Positions 1 to 11,958 are shown, counted from the stretch's first letter. The stretch: 64,000 bases of DNA from an uncultured Pseudomonadota bacterium (GCA_963836235.1 CAWIIP010000004.1:608001-672000); one strand, 5' to 3'. The notes: a model not told the origin generated them from the sequence alone. A program made the numbers and translations.

Positions 1-2
1 CC

Positions 3-1103
3 GGGGGTTACCCCCTGCCAGAGTCCTGTGGTTTATGCCTGGGCGACCTGGCTAACGGCGGCCAGGGGGATCAAGACCTCATTGAACGGGCCGTAAAAGT
101 GGCCCTCGCCAGGCGGATGAAGCTGGAAAAAGTTCAAAAGCTGGTGGATTGGGTGAAGAAGGGGGGCCAGCCCGAAGATTTTGGGGCCAAAGAGCCCAAA
201 GACACCCCCGAGGATCCCATGGCGGCTCATTGGCCCCAGTTGGGACCGGGGTTCAAGGTCAAATATAAGAGAGGGGGAGGTTATGAGGTTCGCATGTCCA
301 TCCCGGACGGCCAACAGGCCTGGAACGCCGCCATGGCCGCCAAGCAATCTCTCCAAGGCCAGGCTCAGGGGATCGGTTCCTCAGTCATAGCCCCTTTACC
401 CCCCATAGCTTCAGCGAAGGGGGGTAACCCGGCTTCCGGTTGGTTTGGGGAATTGGTCGGCGGAATCCTTTGGAAGGAAGTCAAAAGTAACGCCAGCCAG
501 GCCTTTCACCGGGTGTTCCCCCGACCGCCCCGTTGGTACCACTTTCTCATGGCCAAATTCCAAAAGCTGGAGCCGAAAAACCAGGTTTGGGCCACCTTCA
601 TCACCCTGTTCCTCATCCTCATGGCGGGGAGCTTTCTGATAAGTATGGCCACCCGGCTTTTGACCCGCTTGGCCTATGAGATTGTCTACTCCCACCTGTC
701 CGCTGACCCTTACCTGTCCATTGGGCACAAGCCAATGGACGAGCCTGGGTTATCCCGGATCGAGGTGCCGTCCGAAGGAAAGGCGCCAAAAGGCGATCCG
801 GGGCAAGCCGGAGGACAAGCTGGGGTGTCTGGGGACAGGCACCTTGCGCCGAGCCAAGGTGCCGAAGGTAACGGAGGCACTCAAGTGGGCTCGGCACCCA
901 GCCCGCCGGTTACTCAGGCGGGGATAGTGCCAACCCCACCTTCCGCTTTGATTTCGAAACCAAAAGCCCAAGTTAGCGCTGCTAAGCCAGTGACTGTTTA
1001 TGTGCCAGCCCCAACCCAAAAGGTGGATGAAACGGGTAAGATTATTGGGCAAGCGGTCACGACAATGGCGGGCGACGCGGCCAAAAATTTTTTGGGTTTT
1101 TAG
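3..1103 (+). CDS. Hypothetical membrane protein, 5'-truncated by the window edge
   Basis: The frame is open from position 3, upstream of the GTG at 99. It has one hydrophobic segment (VWATFITLFLILMAGSFLISMA) and a P/G/A-rich C-terminal region. Confidence 0.6.
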   Translation, partial: GGYPLPESCGLCLGDLANGGQGDQDLIERAVKVALARRMKLEKVQKLVDWVKKGGQPEDFGAKEPKDTPEDPMAAHWPQLGPGFKVKYKRGGGYEVRMSIPDGQQAWNAAMAAKQSLQGQAQGIGSSVIAPLPPIASAKGGNPASGWFGELVGGILWKEVKSNASQAFHRVFPRPPRWYHFLMAKFQKLEPKNQVWATFITLFLILMAGSFLISMATRLLTRLAYEIVYSHLSADPYLSIGHKPMDEPGLSRIEVPSEGKAPKGDPGQAGGQAGVSGDRHLAPSQGAEGNGGTQVGSAPSPPVTQAGIVPTPPSALISKPKAQVSAAKPVTVYVPAPTQKVDETGKIIGQAVTTMAGDAAKNFLGF

Positions 1104-1410
1104 AGAGGCTTTGTTTGGCGCGTCTTAAGGACTTTATTTTGAGGGCGGGGGGAAGGATTAGAATCAGAACGCCTCAAGAGGGCTTGGCACGAAATGGAAA
1201 ATGGAGGCCAGGCGCCTTTTTTGGCAAATCATTCCATAAATATGGTGCTTTAAAATATGTTCAAACGTTCGTTTCTTAAAAGGCAGTTTAATAGAATTTT
1301 AACGTCGAAAAAATATTGAGTGGACGATGAGTTGGAAACGAGATTTCGGGTCTGGGGTTTGTAATTCTTAAACGATGTTGGGGCAATTGAAGAAAACTGG
1401 GCGATCGGCC

Positions 1411-1559
1411 ATGGAAAAATATACTAATGATGAAGTCAAAAATTTAGAACTCAAACTGGGTGATTGTCTTTACTCGTTGAACCGGCGAACATTTTTTTTG
1501 GTTGAAATGGAGTCCCGGTTAAAAACTGATGCCTCTGAAGCTTATAAGTTCTTATTTAG
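1411..1559 (+). pseudogene. Small ORF interrupted by IS1380; its 3' remnant lies at 3263-3297
   Basis: Removing the IS joins ...EAYKFLF to NNLVLTKALP-stop in frame. Confidence 0.4.
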
Positions 1560-1577
1560 CCCGGATTTCCCAGATGA
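1560..1577. repeat. IS1380 left inverted repeat
   Basis: cccggatttcccagatga; the reverse complement of 3245-3262 with one mismatch. Confidence 0.9.
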
Positions 1578-1665
1578 GATTTCTATTCGAGTATAATAAG
1601 ACATCGTTTGGCCATATAAACAAAGGTTTTTCTTCAAATCAGAGGCCTTGCGAGGGGGAAATGCA

Positions 1666-3015
1666 ATGGGTGAAAGCCGCAAAGACGCTCTTCGAGTGGT
1701 TTTTGATCCTGGTCTCAAACTGGAATTCCACGGCGCAAAAGTAACTTCCGACGGTGGATTGATCCCCTATCGCGAACTCGACGAATTATTAGGTTTGACT
1801 GACAGAACAGAAAATCTCCTGTGGGATCGACGGACCGGCAAGAATACGCAACATACGATGACGGCACTTCTTCGCCAATCCATCTACAGCCGCTTGGCCG
1901 GTTACGAGGATACCAACGACGCAGAGCGCTTGAGTGTTGATCCGGCGATGCGTCATGTGATTGGAGGGCGGGCCAGGGTAAAACAAGCGGCTTCCACCAG
2001 CCAGATGGGACGTTTCGAAACGGAAGTTCTCACCCAGCCGAAGAATTTGACCGGCCTGATTGACCTAGCGGGAAAATGGATCGATGGAGTCCATGAAAAA
2101 AAGCCCATCCAGCAGATCATTCTCGACATGGATAGCTCCGTGAGTGAGACCTACGGAGACCAGGAAGGTTCCTTGTACAACGGCTACTTCGGCTGTACCT
2201 GTTATCACCCACTGTTCTGCTTCAACCAGTTCGGCGATTTGGAACGGGCGATGTTGCGCAACGGCAACGTTGCCAGTGCCCATGAATGGCGTTCGGTTCT
2301 TGAACCGGTAGTTGCCCGCTACCGGGGTCTTTCCATCAGCCGGTTTTTCCGGGGTGACGCGGCCTTCGCCCGTCAGGAACTATACGAGTACCTGGAAGAC
2401 GAAGGATACCTTTACGCGATCCGCCAACCCGCTAATGACGTGCTGCAACGGGAAATTGAGCCATTTTTAACCCGTCCCGTGGGCCGACCTTCCTACAAGC
2501 CTGTCATCCGGTATCACAGCTTCCAATACCAAGCCGTCAGTTGGGATACACCCCGCCGCGTGGTGGCGAAAATAGAACACCACCATGGCGAGCTTTTCCC
2601 GAGGGTTGGTTTCATCGTGACGAACATGCGTCGACCGGCTCCTCAGGTGGTGAGGTTCTACAACGGGCGAGGCACGGCTGAGCAGTGGATCAAGGAGGGG
2701 AAGTACGCAATGAAGTGGACAAGACTAAGTTGCCACGACTTCGCGGACAATCAAGTAAGGTTGCAACTATTCGCCCTGGCCTACAATATGGGCAACTTCC
2801 TGCGCCGACTGGCCCTGCCAGAAATGGTGAAGCATTGGTCCCTGACGACCTTGCGGGAAAAACTCATCAAGATCGGGGCCAATGTTATCCGACATTCGCG
2901 GTACGTGGTTTTTCAGATGGCCGAGGTGATGGTTTCCCGACGCCTGCTTGCTGAAATCCTTAATCGGATACGGCTATTGGCGATGGTAAGGCCGCGAGCA
3001 CCAGTACTGCGATAA
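1666..3015 (+). CDS. IS1380-family DDE transposase
   Basis: Motifs VTSDGG, GYEDTND, LDMDSS, YNGYF..CYHPL, FRGDAAF and YNGRGTAEQWIKEGK. G-rich RBS precedes ATG 1666. Confidence 0.95.
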   Translation: MGESRKDALRVVFDPGLKLEFHGAKVTSDGGLIPYRELDELLGLTDRTENLLWDRRTGKNTQHTMTALLRQSIYSRLAGYEDTNDAERLSVDPAMRHVIGGRARVKQAASTSQMGRFETEVLTQPKNLTGLIDLAGKWIDGVHEKKPIQQIILDMDSSVSETYGDQEGSLYNGYFGCTCYHPLFCFNQFGDLERAMLRNGNVASAHEWRSVLEPVVARYRGLSISRFFRGDAAFARQELYEYLEDEGYLYAIRQPANDVLQREIEPFLTRPVGRPSYKPVIRYHSFQYQAVSWDTPRRVVAKIEHHHGELFPRVGFIVTNMRRPAPQVVRFYNGRGTAEQWIKEGKYAMKWTRLSCHDFADNQVRLQLFALAYNMGNFLRRLALPEMVKHWSLTTLREKLIKIGANVIRHSRYVVFQMAEVMVSRRLLAEILNRIRLLAMVRPRAPVLR

Positions 3016-3244
3016 CCGCAGGAACGCTTCATGGCTGCAACCCGATCAACTATCGTTGGATAAGTGTGCGCTCACAACGAGAATAGGTTTTCCGAAAGGT
3101 CATTTTCAGGTTTTTTGGGCACAGAAATCTTTTCCGGGGCTCATTCAACCGGTCCTGGGCCGATAAATTCTGAATTTTGATGGAAGAAGCGGGGGGGGGC
3201 AGTAAAATGAACAACAAATCACCCGGCGAAGTGGTCGGGGAAGG

Positions 3245-3262
3245 TCATCTGGGAAATCCCGG
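3245..3262. repeat. IS1380 right inverted repeat
   Basis: tcatctgggaaatcccgg. Confidence 0.9.
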
Positions 3263-3451
3263 TTAATAACCTTGTTTTAACGAAGGCTCTTCCGTAACAG
3301 GTGTTACGGGGACATTGTTTTTAAGAAGATTATTGAAATACCAACCCGGACCCAACTAGACTTTCGTCAAGTTGAACAGGGCTGCTGACACGGTCCAGTG
3401 CCGACATCCAGGTTTCTTGTTGGGCTTTTGGACTTAACCGGAGTGCTTGAT

Positions 3452-6400
3452 ATGCGCCGCAACCCGAAAACCGACCGTCTCTTTTTCGCCGTTCTTTTAT
3501 TTTCAGCTTTATTCACTCCTTACATTCTTTTCGCCCAGGCCGCTCCCATTACGGTCAACAGTACCGACGGTGGCATTGTGGCGACCTCCTTCGCGACCGC
3601 CTTTAACGATATCAACGCCCAAAACGGTGGCGGGACTATACAACTCGGTATTTCCAATGGCAGTTCCATCGTAGAAAGCCTTCAATGGGCCCCCGTTACG
3701 CAAAACCTCACTCTCTTGGGCCCCATCACCATCGAAACGGCGGGGAATAATTTAAATGGGGAAAGTTTCCTTAGCTTCACTAACCTGACCCTTGGGCCTG
3801 GCCTTAATTTCACCTTCTCCAACATTGATCCTTCCACCAATGGCAATCCCCAAAACGTCAACAGTGACGGCGCCTATCTCACTTTGAACAACTTGACCCT
3901 TCAGAATGGGTCGGCCTTCGGCGTAACCTTCGTTCAGGGCGCAACGGGCCAAACCCAAAACACGGGGGCCTATGGTGGTGACGCCTGGTTGACGGTGGGG
4001 GGGAACGTGATCATGGGGCAAAATACCGCCCTTTACGACATCGCCGGGCAAGGTGGAGCGGGCGGGTTGAACGGTGGGACCGGAGGCAATGGTGGTAACG
4101 CGGGCGTGAGTATCGGGATGATCGCAGAGGGCGCAGGCAGCTCGGTGAGCTTTTCCGCAGGGAGCGGCGGTGCTGGGGCTTCCGGAGCGGGAGCGGACAA
4201 CGGCGGCAATGCGGGCTCGGTGGCCGTCACCTTGGGTTCCTTGAACATGACCGGTTCCACTTTTCTAGCGGCGGGCGGCACCGGTGGAAGCGGCGGCACC
4301 GGACCGGACGGTAATTCGCCCTCCGGCACCAACGGCAATTCCGGAGGCTCCGCGAATCCAGGAGGGAACGGTGGAAACGGCGGGAACGCTTCCGTGACAT
4401 TGTCGGGTTCCGTTACGGGTGCGGGCGCGGGAGTGACTTTAGAAGTCATCAGCGGCGCGGGCGGCATCGGCGGCCAAGGCGGGGGCGGCGGAAACGGGGA
4501 TTCGGGCGACGGGCCGCTTAACGCCCATCCTGGTTCTCCCGGCGGCAACGGCGGTGGCGCGGGCGCGGGTGGGAACGGGGGCTCGGGCGGCAACGCCAGT
4601 TTGACCGCTTCTTTCATTAATGTTAATTCCAATAATTCCTATTTTCTCGTCCAAGGCGGCGATGGCGGAAACGGGGGCCAGGGTGGCAACGGTGGCTCGG
4701 GAGGGATCGGCGGCGGCGGCAGCGGCAACAGTGGAGGGTCCGGCGGTAGCGCCACCGGCGGCGCGTCGGGTGGAGAGGGCGGCGAGGGTGGTAACGCCAG
4801 TTTGACGGCTTCTTCCGTCACCGTGGATTCCAGCAATGTTACTTTCCTGGTCCAAGGCGGCAATGGCGGCGACGGCGGCGACGGTGGGGCTGGAGGCTCG
4901 GGTGGGCCGGGCGGCAACGGCAGTGACGGAAGCGGGGGAATTCATAACGGTACACCGGGCGGCTTGGGTGGCAATGGCGCCGACGGCGGGATGGGTGGAT
5001 ATGGAGCTCAGGCCGGAAACGCTTCGGTCAGTTTGGGATCTTTAACCCTGACGGGTTCAAACGACAGTTTCTCCGTGATCGGGGGCAATGGCGGCAATGC
5101 CGCACCAAGCGGCAACGGCGGAAACGCGGCCTCGGGCGGGTCGGGAGGCAACGCCGAAAATGAAACCACCGAAGACGGCGGTTATTCGGCGAATGCCGGT
5201 ACCGCGGGCAGCGGCGGCAACGGCCAGGCTGGCGGCAACGGCGGCAGCGCCTTAGTCACCATCGGGTCCATTACCCTGGGTTCGGCGGGGGTCACCACTG
5301 ATACCCTTTTCAGCGTTGCGGGGGGGGAACGGCGGATCCGATGGAAATGCCGGGCAGGGTGGGGAGGGTTTAGTCTCCGGGGGGAACGCGGGAGAGAACG
5401 GCAATACCGCAGACAATGGCTTTTTGGGCGGCAACGCCGGTAACGCAGGGGCCGGGGGAAACGTGCAGGGTGACGGCGCCTATGGCTTGGGGGGGAATGC
5501 CTCGGTGGTTTCCTCGGCGACGACCCTTTACGCGGGAGCCCAATTTGACGTCCAAGGCGGCAACGGAGGAGTGGCCAGCACCCTGGTCGGCGGCGCGACG
5601 GAAATGGTCAGCGGCGGCAACGGCGGCAGTTCCGGCACGGGTGGTACCGGTGGTTACGGGGGGGCGGTTGAGGGAGCCCAAACGGGCGGCAATGCCGGCA
5701 ATGGAGGATCGGTCCAAAACGGGGCAGCGGGTGGGCTGGGAAGCGCGGGTGGAAACGCTGGCGTTTCCATCGGAAACTTGTGGATGGATTCATCGGTTAC
5801 TTTCAGCGTCATCGGCGGCGATGGCGGTTGGGGCGGTACCGGTGGGTCGGGCGGTTATGGCGGCACCGGTGGGGGCGGGAGCCAGGGATATAACGCCGGG
5901 GGCGCGGCGGCCGGAGTCAACGGGGCTTCCGGGGGATTAGGCGGCAACGGCGGCAACGGCGGTTCGGCGGAAGCGACGATAGGCCAATTCATCCTGGGAG
6001 ATGCCTCCTCTTTCACTTTGCGGGGCGGCCTCGGGGGAAGCGGCGGCGGCGGCGGTAACGGCGGTAATGGCGGCGGCGGTGGTAACGGCGGTAATGCGTT
6101 TGGAACTTTTGGTCAGGCTACGGCGGGATCCTGGGGTGGCGATGGCGGCACCGGCGGGGGCGGGGGTGACGGGGGCAACGGCGGCGACGCGGCTTTAACC
6201 GTTTCGGGGCTTCTCTCCCTCTCTAAGGGGGATGGGCTGATGGTATTGGGTGGCGACGGCGGCGGAGGTGGTAACGGGAAAAACGGCGGTATTGGGGGCA
6301 ACGGCGGCAACGGGGGAAACACCCCAGGCGATTTCACCGGTGCCGCCGGCGGTAACGGTGGCAGCGGGGGTTACGCCGGAGCGGGTGGTTTTGGCGGCAA

Positions 6401-9400
6401 TGGCGGGAACGCCTCTGTTTCCGCGCTGTCCTTGATCATGGCCAATGGAGGAGCCACTTTTCTTATCCAAGGCGGTGACGGCGGCGGCGGTGGCGCGGGC
6501 GGATTGGGCGGCGATGGAGGCCAGGCGGGAGCAGGTGGTGGAAGCAATAGCGGCGTGGGAGGTTCGGGCGCGAACGGAGGATCGGGAACCGCTCCAGCGG
6601 CCGGCATAACGGCCGGTTTCGGAGGTTTCGGAGGTTTCGGAGGCGCGGCTGGAAGCGCAGACTTGGCCCTGGGTTCCGCTTCCGTTGGAGTCGGCGACCT
6701 TTTGGCCGTGGTCGGCGGCACTGGAGGCAGTGGCGGTGTTGGGGGGATCGGCGTGACCGCCGCCAATGGCGGCAATGGGCCCGGAGACAACAGCAATGGC
6801 GGCAACGGCGGTACGGGTGGTTCGGGAGGGATGGGCGGTTTTGGGGGAATACCCACCGTCCTTTCCAATGGACAAACCATCATCCTTTCCGGAGGGGATG
6901 CCGCCCTTTCCGTGGCGGGTGCGCTGGATTTAGCCTCCGGGGCAGCGGTGAGCGTTGCGGGCGGCACGGGGGGCAATGCCAGTACGGGAGGAAACGCTGG
7001 TCCCGGCGGCAATGGGGGCAATTCGGGGAATAACGACATTACGGGAATCCCTTACGGCTCCGGCGGCTCCGGCGGTGCGGGTGGTGCCGGTGGGGTTGGG
7101 GGAATAGGGGGCGCCGGTGGAAGCGCCGCAGTGACCGTGGGTTCGATCCAAATGGCCGCGGGTGCCACTTTCACCATTGCGGGCGGCGTGGGCGGTGGGG
7201 GCGGAAACAGCGGCATTGGCGGCGCAGGGGGGCTCGAGGGTGGAAGCAGCACTCCCCCAACCGACAGCGGATTGGGATCCCAATGGTATGGCCCTATGCT
7301 TTCTTTCCTTTTAAACGCCGCCTCCACGGGTTACGGCATCGGGGACGCAAGCGCTATCGAAGCGGGCCTCCAAGTGGCCGCGAATTTGGCCTTGAACAGT
7401 ACTAATAACAGTAACAACCCCAATATTCCCCCGGGACCCGGGGCCGCGGGTCAACTCCTAGGTGGAGGATTTGGGGGCGATGGCGGCTCGGCTTTTCTGG
7501 CGGTCACCACCCTTGATGCCTCCTCCAATGATCTCCTGTCGGTTCTGGGCGGGGCGGGCGCGATCGGCGGTTCGGGCGCGGACGGCGGCACGGTTACGAT
7601 CAGCGGCACCGTTTACACCGCCATGCAGGGGCCCGGGGGAGGCGGAGGAAACGGCGGCGCGGCTGGGGTGAGCATCGAAGGTCTTCAGCTCGGCGCAGGG
7701 TCGGTTCTTAGCGTGGCGGGCGGGGTCGGGGGCGACGGGGCAGCCGGTTTTAAGAATGTCAACGGAAGCAGCGGGCTGGGCGGGGGGGAGGCACCGGCGG
7801 CGACGTGGATGTAACCATTGGATCATCCCTCTTGACCAACGCCGGCTTATGGGTGACTTCGGGCCAGGGCGGCGATGGCGGTTCCGCCGGCAACGGCGGC
7901 ATGGGCGGGAACGCACAGGTCATATTGGGTTCCTTGGCTGCATCCTCAGGCTCAACCATCCAGGCCGCCGGGGGTCAGGGAGGCAACGGGTTCACCGTGG
8001 GCAGCGGGGCCGACGGAGGCGGAGCCCTTTTCCAATCCGGGGCCGTCACTCTTTCCTCATCGGCTTTGCAAATATTGGGTGGTAATGGCGGGGACGCCAC
8101 CCAGAACCTGGGCGGGATCAACGGCGGAAACGGGGGAGTCGCTTCGGCCACCCTGGAATCCCTCATGGCCGATTCCAATTCTTCCCTTTGGGTTGTGGGC
8201 GGGTCGGGTGGAACGGCCTACCAGGAAAGCACGGGTGGTACGGGCGGCATCGGCGCTGGGGCCACCCTGGTGGTGACGGGAAACCTTGACTCCAGTGGTT
8301 CGGTCAGCGTGGCGGGCGGGAATGGAAATATCAGCGGCGGCACCACTATCGGCAGCGCTGGCGGCACGGGCTTCTTGGATGTAGGGGGTGAGGAAAACGT
8401 CGGTGGCGCGGTAATCGTGGAAGGGGGCGCCGGTGGAGCGGGTGGCGGTGGAACACCTGTCAGCTTGCAAGGCGGTTCCGGTGGAAACGGTGGAAGGGCC
8501 CTAGTCAATGTGGGGTCCATGGTGATGCTCCAGCAGGGGAGCTTGAATGTCATTGGAAACGCCGGAGGCGCGGGAGTTTCCGGAAGCACCGGAGGCACCG
8601 GGGGTTCGGCGGACTTTCGGCCGGTTCGGTGAGCCTCACGGCTTCCGGCCTTGCCATTACCCTCCAGGGCGGCCAAGGCGGGATCGGTGGGGATGGAACC
8701 CATAACGGAAGCGTGACGATCGCCCCCGCGGCTGGGGGCCAGGGAGGTAACGCGCAGGCAACTTTGGGGTCCCTTTTTATGTCCGCCGGGGACAGACTCT
8801 TTGTAGAGGCCGGCTCGGGGAACATAGGAGGCTTGGGGAATAATACCGGTTATTTGGACGCCGTGCCGGGAGCTAACGGAAACGCGAGCGTCTCGATTGG
8901 TTCTTTGAACGGGTCGGGAACCGTGACGATGTGGGGAAACAACCTTTCGCTTCAGGTGCAGAGCGGCTATTTCAGCGGGGTGATCGCGGGCAATGAGGTT
9001 ATTGAAGTCGGCGGCGGGGCGCTGACTTTAGCCGGTGCCAATACTTATAGCGGCGGAACCACGCTGGAAAACGGGATACTGGGTCTGGGGAACAACAACG
9101 CCCTGGGCACGGGCAACGTGATGGTTTTAGGCGGAACCTTGGCGGTCGTTTCGCCGTTGGCGGTGACGGTTGGAGGGAATTATACGCAAGCGGCCGGGGC
9201 GACCCTTCAACTGAATTTGACCGGCGCGGTTCCGGGCGGCTGGGACGGCCTAAGAGTGGCCGGTACGGCGGATTTGGGCGGGAACTTGCAATTGGTTTCC
9301 GGCAACGGGGCAATCTTCCAGGCCCATGGCCTGGAGACCTTCTATATCTTGTCCGCGGGTACGACGGTCAGCGGGACTTTCGCCGGGCTGGTGGATGGGA

Positions 9401-10629
9401 TTTCGGCTAATTCTGTGTCGCTGGTTTACCAATCCAACAATGAAGTGCTGTTGGAGTTAACGGGCCCGAGCTTCCAATCTTTAGGTTCGACTTCCAACCA
9501 GCAGGCGCTGGGCGGGGCACTCGACGAGCTAAACAAGAAAGGGGGCAACCCGAACCTGTTAGGCGCGCTGGATACGGCGGTGAACGCGTCGCTTCCGGGA
9601 ATCTATAATCAAATCTCGCCCGCTAATTTGACCCCCCTGTACCAGATGGGCTTTGCCACCGCCCAAGCCGAGGCGGGAATGGTAAACCAAAGATTGTTCC
9701 AATTGTTCGGTAACCCCGGGTCCGAATCCAACGACCTTTCCTGGAACGGGGAGGGTCCCCGGTTCGCGGCCAACGTACCGGCTTCCCAAGAAGCGGGAAT
9801 GGCCCGGGACCTTCAGCCCCAGCATTGGAGCGCATTCGTCAACGGCATGGGGAATTTCGGCACCATCACTGGCGACTCAAACGCACCAGGCTACCAATAT
9901 TCCATCGGCGGCATGACTGCCGGCCTGGATTACCGCTTCTCTAAAAACTTGGCTGGCGGATTGCTGTTCGGATACAGCCAGTCGGGCACCAGCCAATCCA
10001 CCGGTACAGTGAACGCGACGGGAGGGCAAGTGGGACTTTACGGAGGATTAAAAGAAGGACAGCTACATCTGGAAGCCTTGGCCGAGGGCGGAGTCAACAA
10101 CTACACCACCCAACGCGACGCCCTGGGCGGCACGGCAACGGGAAGCACCCGGGGTCAGATGGTTTCGGTCCAGCTGGGCGCCGGTTACGATTGGAAAGTG
10201 GATCAATTGAAGGTGGGGCCCTTTGCCTCAGGCCAGTACACGAATGTGAATATCAACGCTTTCAACGAATCAGGTTCCATGGCGCCATTGAGTTTCGGAG
10301 CGCAGGGTGAAGGCTATTTGACCAGCGACCTGGGGGCGGCGGCCAGCCGCAACTGGGATTTGGGCGGCATCCGCTTATCACCCTCCCTCAGCGTGGCCTG
10401 GGAGCATGTGTACCAGGGCAACCTGGACAGCCTGGACGCCAGCCTGGGCGGCGGGGGCAACTTCACCGTAAGCGGCCCGCAAACGGGAACCAACGCGGCG
10501 GTAATCGGGGCCGGGCTAAACGCCGGGTTCGCGAAGGGCCTGAACGCCTTTGTCCAATACCAGGGCAAGGTGGGCCTAGCCGACTACGCGGAACAAAATC
10601 TCTCAGGCGGTATCAACGTCGGGTTTTAA
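3452..10629 (+). pseudogene. Giant glycine-rich autotransporter (~2,390 aa if repaired), split into 4 ORFs by three single-base frameshifts that may be sequencing errors
   Basis: Signal peptide, then GGxGGxGG repeats alternating with short beta strands, a passenger-associated repeat (LTLAGANTYSGGTTL) and a C-terminal autotransporter barrel ending GINVGF. Frameshifts fall at G8 5320-5327, G7 7782-7788 and T3 8615-8617. Confidence 0.85.
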
Positions 10630-10731
10630 CCTATCGCTTTTCTAATTCCGAGTTCAACCCCGCTTTTCCCGCTATTGTTTTCTCCGCCAACCTTTACCTA
10701 TATTGAACCCATCCTTCCAATGAGGTGAATT

Positions 10732-11162
10732 ATGAACGTCAATGAACAAGAAATGGTAGAGCTCTTCAAAAAGGCCAAAACGGTCGCGGTGGAGGGTATG
10801 CAGGACGAAAGTAAGATGGACCGAGCGGCCTACCAAATCCCCGCCCTGCTCCAGGAAAGGGGGATCAAACTTTACCCCGTGAATCCCAAAATCCAATCGT
10901 CGCTTGGTGAAAAAGCCTACGCGGCGATCGCGGATGTGCCGGTGAAGGTGGACATCCTGGATGTTTTCCGCAGGCCCGACGTGATACCCGCCTTGGCGGA
11001 GGAAATCCTCGCCCTGCCCGAGGAAAAGCGCCCCAAAGTGGTCTGGCTGCAGACCGGCATCACCATCCGGAAGCCGAAGCGAAACTGGAAAAAGCGGGGA
11101 TCAAGGTGGTCTCGGACGCCTGCTTGGGGGTTATTGCTTCCCGTGTAAGACCGAAACAATAA
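10732..11162 (+). pseudogene. CoA-binding protein (YccU-like) with one frameshift near 11063
   Basis: Motifs YPVNP, VDILDVFRR and VWLQTGI. Adding one C restores HPEAEAKLEKAGIKVVSDACLG, the canonical C-terminus of this family. Confidence 0.8.
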
Positions 11163-11272
11163 ACTTAACCACGAAGACACTAAGCCGCTAAGAAAATCTA
11201 AATTCAAAAAATTTTTTGCTTACCTTGGTGTCTAATCGTCTTTTTGGTTCAAGTTACTTTTATATATTTTGG

Positions 11273-11512
11273 ATGAATATGAATTTACGATTTGAAATCC
11301 TTTTGGGCGATATCACCCAACAAAAAGCCGATGCCATCGTGAACGCGGCCAATGAATCCTTGCTCGGCGGCGGGGGAGTGGACGGCGCCATTCACCGGGT
11401 CGCGGGGCCCGAACTGCTGGCCGAATGCCGAACACTCGGCGGTTGCCCGACCGGGCAGGCCAAGATCACGAAGGGCTACCGGCTTCCCGCCAAATGGGTG
11501 ATTCACATTTAA
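11273..11512 (+). pseudogene. Truncated macro-domain protein (YmdB-like O-acetyl-ADP-ribose deacetylase), N-terminal half only
   Basis: [27 protein letters not shown] is present. The ORF stops at VIH, just before the expected TVGP motif. Confidence 0.85.
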
Positions 11513-11958
11513 AAACATTTCTTGGGGCCGCTTATTCCAATAACATAGATTTAGGCAGCGGGATTATTAAGGAAGATTGGGTGAAAATATTATTTGGTAA
11601 ATCATCATTTCGATCTTTGTGCGGATTGAATATCCCAACCAATGGCGATCGGAAAAACTATGCTTTCCAAGGTTTTTCAATGAGATCTTCTTGTGGTCAA
11701 GATGGCCAAGTTGTTTGTGTCGATTTCGAAATAGGTGGAATCATATTTTATTTATTTTTGGATAAACCAGAAAATTTAGGGATTGGGTCATTGCATGGAA
11801 GCAAGTTGAAAGATTTTGTCTATCACCCACCTCTTTTAGTTTTGCGAAACATAAATAATATTCATAAAATTAGATTTTTTATAAATCCTTTCGGCCTTGG
11901 TAAAAAGATACAATATGATCGCATCGGTACTTATTCGGGTAATTCTCCTCTGCATTAA
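11508..11958 (+). pseudogene. AT-rich C-terminal fragment of an unrelated gene fused at the macro-domain breakpoint
   Basis: Abrupt drop in GC, with an open frame of ~150 codons and no clear own start or RBS. Confidence 0.4.

Larger units (their letters stand above)
1560..3262 (+). mobile_element. Complete IS1380-family insertion sequence (1,703 bp)
   Basis: Terminal inverted repeats match at 17/18 (cccggatttcccagatga / tcatctgggaaatcccgg). Flanks are ttag/ttaa, an imperfect 4-bp target duplication. It carries a single DDE transposase. Confidence 0.92.

Noticed and set aside
6615-6641. 9-bp tandem repeat (ggtttcgga x3)
   Set aside because: An in-frame GFG expansion inside the glycine-rich gene; copy-number change would not shift the frame.
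4033-8703. Long Pro-rich ORFs on the minus strand
   Set aside because: They are antisense shadows of the Gly-codon-rich autotransporter.
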